Below, piece after piece: positions 62,680 through 64,000 of a DNA stretch of 64,000 nt (position 1 is its first letter; each line of letters begins with the position of its first letter). Below the pieces are notes generated by a model, which worked only from the letters and a program-made list of their open reading frames with translations, did not search any database and was not told the DNA's origin. Source of the stretch: Spongospora subterranea f. sp. subterranea (lineage: Eukaryota); NCBI GenBank assembly GCA_049724395.1, contig JAUGWO010000060.1, positions 186,001 through 250,000 on the forward strand, given 5' to 3'. The position numbers and the translations under genes were made by a program.

Positions 62680-64000
62680 TTATTCAGACACTGCTGGAAT
62701 GACCGCGGCGCGATTTTCAATATCTCTACCGTCATATATAGACATAATTCTAATTATGTGAGACCGGTTAAGTAAACCAAACTGCCATAATACAAGAATA
62801 TGACATAGCAACGCCTGAACAGATCCACTAAGAATCAATATATGGACTAACTACAACACCTTACATTTCGATAGCAAAAATCATCTCGAGCCCGCAACGT
62901 TGACGCGACTGTTTCGCATATTGATGCGACTTGCTGATCGCTGATTATAGGCCCGATATCACGCTTTACCTTATTCCAAATTAACATGATATCTTTCTCT
63001 TCTTGCTTCACATCTTCGAGCAAGGCAATAGTCTAAATGAGCAATTTGATTGGGTTTCCTGTTAAAATTCGCAATTGGTACCTGATTCGATTGCTCAAAC
63101 ACCCAACCGTCATCAAGATCGATATCACTATCAACACGATCTTGAGGAATTTCTGCGAGTCGGAGTGGAACGAAGCTGCTTCCATGGTAAAATGTCCTCA
63201 GCTCGAACGGGATGGTTGTAATCTGGATATTGATCTTTAGTGGCAAATCCAAAAAATATTAAGGAAGCACCTGTTCATTGAACATCCTATTTCTGTTAGC
63301 GCCACGTTCTAATTTGCGCCTTTTGCGCGATAAAACCGTGTCAATGCCTAATAAGCCTTTGAGAGAATCTTTAACGGCAGATGCATCCCATATTATTTCC
63401 GTAAGACGAGGACCGGTTGAGCGCCCTGGTAGTAAAACAAAAACCGATTTTGTTGGCACCAGTTGACCTTGAGGTGGCCTCTTCGATAGTATCAAAGTGG
63501 CGCCATGATGATAAGCTGCAAATCGATCGTGACATCGGTCAAGGTGTAGAATCAGAACACGCATATTGAAACAGTTCTTGGCACAGAGAGGACAGTACAT
63601 CCACGCCTGTTGCTTCTCGCAACGACGACGTGTATCATTTGAATACAGATACTTAATAGTTAGTGTTTTAGGAGCATCAGGTTCCATTACACCGATACTA
63701 ATTGGCAACGACTGGCATGAGAGTGGTTTTGCCCGATACCACCAAGAAAACTGTAAACGAATCCTTCCAACTTCTGTTTGGCCCTGTGATAGTTAATGAA
63801 CGACCGTAAGATCACATCATCCGCATTGCCAGACCGATAATTGACGTAAGGGTAAATCAACGACACTGGCAGGAAGATGTCGGAGAAAATCCTATTGTGC
63901 TAAGTTAGAACCAAGTACAACACGGATGTCTAGATTCCTACCTTCGACAATAACGAAAAATTCAGAGTGAAACCTGACGGCGTTTGATTCGATTTCACCG
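62680..64000 (-). CDS. VEFS-box protein (SUZ12/EMF2-like PRC2 subunit); the 5' end may extend beyond the window
   Basis: C2H2 CPLC...LILHLDRCHDRF, RTFYHGSSFVP...VDSDIDLDDGW, EDVKQEEKDIMLIWN, LWQFGLLN. Confidence 0.8.

Noticed and set aside
1..64000. tRNA, rRNA or telomeric repeats
   Set aside because: None recognised by eye; a covariance-model scan would be needed to exclude small RNAs.

Overview
Eukaryotic, gene-dense genomic DNA with many short GT-AG introns (about 45-60 nt) and tiny intergenic spacers. This style resembles a compact protist genome such as a plasmodiophorid; that taxonomic guess is inference only. Host genes supported by translated motifs: GCP2, chorismate synthase, RAD9, a POLE4/DPB3-type histone-fold protein, a TmcB-like PAS membrane protein fused to a TauE-like domain, ARP2, PMP3, an FBXO7/PI31-like F-box protein, IMPACT, a CRC-domain (LIN54/tesmin) protein, MCM8, TECR, GPN3, a perilipin-like protein, a SPRY/IQ protein, NSF and a SUZ12-like VEFS-box gene. 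Transposon-rich islands lie between them. The top signal is an apparently intact 3.9-kb pogo-type DNA transposon (38228-42121; perfect 24-bp TIRs, TA target duplications) whose single spliced ORF fuses an OTU-type cysteine protease domain to a DDD transposase. A second inverted-repeat element nearby carries a Ulp1 protease fragment. Several decayed TE-like segments also carry local fold-back (inverted) duplications. Exon boundaries were read by eye and are approximate.
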